The position numbers and the translations under genes are program-made. A stretch of 9,420 bases of DNA, from assembly GCA_964354495.1 (NCBI GenBank), contig CAYHAA010000038.1, forward strand, positions 1 through 9,420, given 5' to 3'. Below the pieces are notes generated by a model, which did no database searches, was not told the origin of the DNA, and was given only the letters and a program-made list of their open reading frames with translations. Positions 6,571 through 9,420 of the stretch are shown here, one piece after another. This DNA comes from an uncultured archaeon. GTDB taxonomy: Archaea; Asgardarchaeota; Thorarchaeia; Thorarchaeales; Thorarchaeaceae. How positions within the stretch are numbered: position 1 is the stretch's first letter; every line of letters starts with the position of its first letter.

Positions 6571-6936
6571 ATGCAGCCAATCAACACTCTGGAAATTTCA
6601 ACTGTGATTCTACCCAGCATTCTTCTTGGAGTCATGCTTGGGTATTTCATAGGTACGATGAGAAGTCACCGAATTGCTGGAAGAGCTGCGCTCACTCTCA
6701 TACTCAGCATCACTAGTGGCTTGATTCTATCCATTCCGCTTGCCTACTTTGTCCCAATCTCGACATTCACAGTCTTGTTGTCTTCTCTCTCAGTCCTAGG
6801 TGGAGCGATTCTCGGATTGTTCTATAATTGGACTCCTCCTGAAGAGCCAGCACGCAAGAGCCACATCGTATATGAAACGGATGACGACGAGGAATTCGAT
6901 AGAGAAATCAAGGAGTCGCTGGGTGGAAAGCAGTGA
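6571..6936 (+). CDS. Hypothetical membrane protein with about 3 TM helices and an acidic C-terminal tail
   Basis: GTGAGGAG SD upstream, three hydrophobic stretches, and the tail TPPEEPARKSHIVYETDDDEEFDREIKE. Confidence 0.8.
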   Translation: MQPINTLEISTVILPSILLGVMLGYFIGTMRSHRIAGRAALTLILSITSGLILSIPLAYFVPISTFTVLLSSLSVLGGAILGLFYNWTPPEEPARKSHIVYETDDDEEFDREIKESLGGKQ

Positions 6937-7036
6937 CTGAGAAGAGCTGCATATGAGTGGCAGACCATCTCTCCCAATAAGAGTTAAAGGGAAAAGCTAG
7001 TGATATTTTCCAGTCTGCGTTTTTGGAGGTCTAGGA

Positions 7037-8272
7037 TTGCAGAGAACGCTACCACACTTTCTTGTCATCTTCACGATAACCTGTCTTCTATGGACTATGG
7101 TTCTCATGCCTGTCAATGCTGCTGCTCCCGTTGGGTGGAGCGGGGACTCAAGTCTATCATTTCTACTTGAGGTCAACGGGGTGAATGCAGCAGAATCTGA
7201 TGCTGCAAATCCAATTCCAATAGATATCTCCGCTGACCTTTCAATCGAACTTCAAATCTATACTGGCACAAACTTGACGATACAGTCTGGCAGGTTCACG
7301 ATGTCCTACCTTTCGGTTCCGATTATCAATCAACTATTCGACCTAAGCGTGTATGGCGAGATCCCTGAGAACTCTACAGCAAGCATTCTCAATGCATCAA
7401 TCCCATTGGCTGGTATGATGAGCTTCGGAAATCTCAGTCTAATATCAGGGACAATCACAGGTGCCTTCTCCTTTGTATATTCAAACTCAACCTCGCCTAG
7501 TGTGAACGGAACGGTCAGCGAGGACTTTGTTCTTCGGCTGGGACCTGCGGGCGCGGCTGCCATCCTATCAGTGAGCGGGCTCATTACAGCTGGTTTCACA
7601 GTGATGTCTGTGTTCACTCTCATCATGTCCCTAGATGAGTTCCAGCAGGGAATCATGGCTGCCCGCAAGATGCGCGGCGCAACACGGGGTTCAGATGTCG
7701 GCATATTCCCAAGGCCGGTCGTGCTCCGCAGAAGACCGAAGAAAGGCGGTGAGAAGATTGACAAGAATGAACTCGTGTCACGAGTCAGTAAGGCTGCCGG
7801 AAGTTCTTGGGATAACAAGCGGTGCCCGAAGTGCGGGAAGAATTGGCCAAAGAACTCACCTGCATGCTCCAAATGTGGCATTGATACAGGAAGTGCAATC
7901 ACCTTCTTCTCACAGGATATTGCAGAGTATGCACCAAAGGCACTGAACGCGATTAAACAAAAGTCAAAGGCTACAGTCGGCCAGCTTGGAAAGAAGATTC
8001 ACTTGAAGCCGGACAAGGCTGGAGCCCTGTCCGCAGCCCTTGTGGATATGGGTGTGCTCCAGACAAAGTCTGTCAAGGTCCCTCTCAAAAAGGTTGCATT
8101 CTCGGGTATGACCTTGGCTGGGCTGTATTGGTCATGGATGCAGATGATTGGCGGAGCCACACCCGACTGGGCCACAATTCTCTTGACCACTGCTGCTGGT
8201 CTTGTTGTGTCCGTACTGATAGGCTATTTCATGAACTTCTTGGCTCGTGTGCCCAAACTCGGTTATGATTGA
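7037..8272 (+). CDS. Hypothetical membrane protein: signal peptide, ectodomain, TM, C4 zinc ribbon, wHTH-like segment, 2 TM
   Basis: GGAGGT (7025-7030) lies 6 nt before TTG 7037. The 411-aa ORF contains CPKC-x10-CSKC. The domain layout is read by eye (see findings). Confidence 0.85.
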   Translation: MQRTLPHFLVIFTITCLLWTMVLMPVNAAAPVGWSGDSSLSFLLEVNGVNAAESDAANPIPIDISADLSIELQIYTGTNLTIQSGRFTMSYLSVPIINQLFDLSVYGEIPENSTASILNASIPLAGMMSFGNLSLISGTITGAFSFVYSNSTSPSVNGTVSEDFVLRLGPAGAAAILSVSGLITAGFTVMSVFTLIMSLDEFQQGIMAARKMRGATRGSDVGIFPRPVVLRRRPKKGGEKIDKNELVSRVSKAAGSSWDNKRCPKCGKNWPKNSPACSKCGIDTGSAITFFSQDIAEYAPKALNAIKQKSKATVGQLGKKIHLKPDKAGALSAALVDMGVLQTKSVKVPLKKVAFSGMTLAGLYWSWMQMIGGATPDWATILLTTAAGLVVSVLIGYFMNFLARVPKLGYD

Positions 8273-8398
8273 TACTGGTGTCGAGAGCCAGTTCAAAGCT
8301 TCTCTCATTAGCCCGTTCATCTCAATACATATAATATGCCAATGACTCATCATATCTTACCTGCAAGGACCATACATGCAATAGGAAATGGAAGATAG

Positions 8399-9145
8399 AT
8401 GGATCGACAAGCGAAGTACCAGAGTCATTGGGAGAATTCTGAGGTACTTGTGAATGTACCCTTCAGTGCTGCAGGTGTTGGCACGACAGTCGTCTTAACA
8501 TCAAAATTCACCGGACGAATCATGCTCATGGATGTGGGAGATGGTGCTGTCCGAGATCTTCTTGACTCAACTGGAACCACCAATTTTGTGTTCGACATAG
8601 ATCTCATCGCTATTACTCATGGGCATTTTGATCATGTTGGGGGTCTTCACACACTCCTTGGATTCATGAGAATGCTGGGACGAAAAGAGCCTCTCAATAT
8701 TCTCATTCCCACTCACTGCGTAGAGGCGATTAGGATTATCAAGGGTTTTCGTGACTGCTATCCTGAAACACTTCCGTTCAAAATCTGGTATCATGAGACA
8801 TCTCAGGGGTCTGAGTTTGATACCGACTTCTTCAAGGTCAAGTCTTTCGGAGTCGAGCACTTTGGAACGGAGTGCAACACCGAAAGCGAGGTTCTCATGC
8901 CTGCGCTGGGTTTTAGAGTGCAAGTCGGAGAGTCTGTCGTAGCATATTCCGGCGACACGAGAGTCTGCAGTGGTGTGGAGATGGCTGTAACGAATGCTGA
9001 CTTGGCAATTTTGGAGGCTACGCATCCCGTCACTCCGGACGCCGGAGTGCGTGTTCATCTGTCTGTCGAAGAAGCTACAAAACTCGGTGAGCTGGCAAGG
9101 GCTTACATTCTAATTCATCGGATTCCTGAAACTGATAATTCGTAA
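8399..9145 (+). CDS. MBL-fold metallo-hydrolase, RNase Z/BN-like
   Basis: LMDVGDG (motif I), THGHFDHVGG (HxHxDH), VEH, YSGDT, LEAT, HLS and C-terminal ILIH. Confidence 0.9.
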   Translation: MDRQAKYQSHWENSEVLVNVPFSAAGVGTTVVLTSKFTGRIMLMDVGDGAVRDLLDSTGTTNFVFDIDLIAITHGHFDHVGGLHTLLGFMRMLGRKEPLNILIPTHCVEAIRIIKGFRDCYPETLPFKIWYHETSQGSEFDTDFFKVKSFGVEHFGTECNTESEVLMPALGFRVQVGESVVAYSGDTRVCSGVEMAVTNADLAILEATHPVTPDAGVRVHLSVEEATKLGELARAYILIHRIPETDNS

Positions 9146-9164
9146 AAAGGGCTATCTTGGTTTC

Positions 9165-9420
9165 TTAGAGGACAAACTGAATGACCCAGAGCACCATCAT
9201 TCCGAATGATGCTGAAACTGACACTGTTACTAACCAAGATATGACAATCTCCTTCACCTGCTTCTTTTGGACTGGGGTCTCAGAAATCCAGCCTACAGCT
9301 ATGAGAGCTGCAACTAGGACATGAGAGCCGCTCAGCGGTAATCCTAGAAGTGTTCCTGCGAATACAATGATTGAAACAGATATACTAGCAGAGAGTGCAG
9401 AAGAGGGCGAGAGTGTAACT
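9165..9420 (-). CDS. C-terminal part of a PiT/PHO4-family inorganic phosphate transporter, running off the window
   Basis: My manual translation of the minus strand, 9419 to 9165: VTLSPSSALSASISVSIIVFAGTLLGLPLSGSHVLVAALIAVGWISETPVQKKQVKEIVISWLVTVSVSASFGMMVLWVIQFVL* (TAA at 9165-9167). GLPLSGSH fits the PiT GxPxSxxH signature and IVISWLVT fits the IxxxWxxT motif. It is absent from the ORF track. Confidence 0.85.
   Translation of the reverse strand, partial: VTLSPSSALSASISVSIIVFAGTLLGLPLSGSHVLVAALIAVGWISETPVQKKQVKEIVISWLVTVSVSASFGMMVLWVIQFVL

Noticed and set aside
7330-7902. 190-aa antisense ORF
   Set aside because: It lies wholly inside the 411-aa gene on the opposite strand and has no recognisable motif; likely a shadow ORF.
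8567-9058. 163-aa antisense ORF and other overlapping frames in the MBL gene
   Set aside because: They overlap a gene with a complete metal-binding motif set and have no motifs of their own.
1-9420. CRISPR array, tRNA/rRNA, transposase/integrase or defence system
   Set aside because: By eye I found no regularly spaced repeats, no cloverleaf or rRNA-like segment in the short spacers, and no mobile-element or defence motifs in any ORF. I could not run a covariance-model search.

Overview
Gene-dense archaeal chromosomal window. It is most likely from an Asgard archaeon (Candidatus Thorarchaeota-like); I infer this from the 'IDLSPL'-type LRR protein and the gene mix, without a database search. 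Gene order: 3' end of a multipass membrane protein (+); class I SAM methyltransferase (-); small membrane-anchored ORF (+); SDR oxidoreductase (-); LRR protein (-); DUF1028 Ntn-hydrolase-like protein (+); 2x[4Fe-4S] ferredoxin and acyl-CoA dehydrogenase (+); Cys/His microprotein and nitroreductase (+); two unknown membrane proteins (+); RNase Z-like MBL hydrolase (+); and the 3' end of a PiT phosphate transporter (-) that the ORF track misses. I see no RNA genes, CRISPR array or mobile element. The most unusual element is the 411-aa protein at 7037-8272, which reads as signal peptide, sequon-rich ectodomain, TM helix, C4 zinc ribbon, winged-helix-like segment and two more TM helices, i.e. a candidate membrane-tethered one-component signalling protein. 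Also notable are a tandem desulforedoxin-like Cys3His microprotein and a ferredoxin separated in frame from the ACAD by a single UGA.
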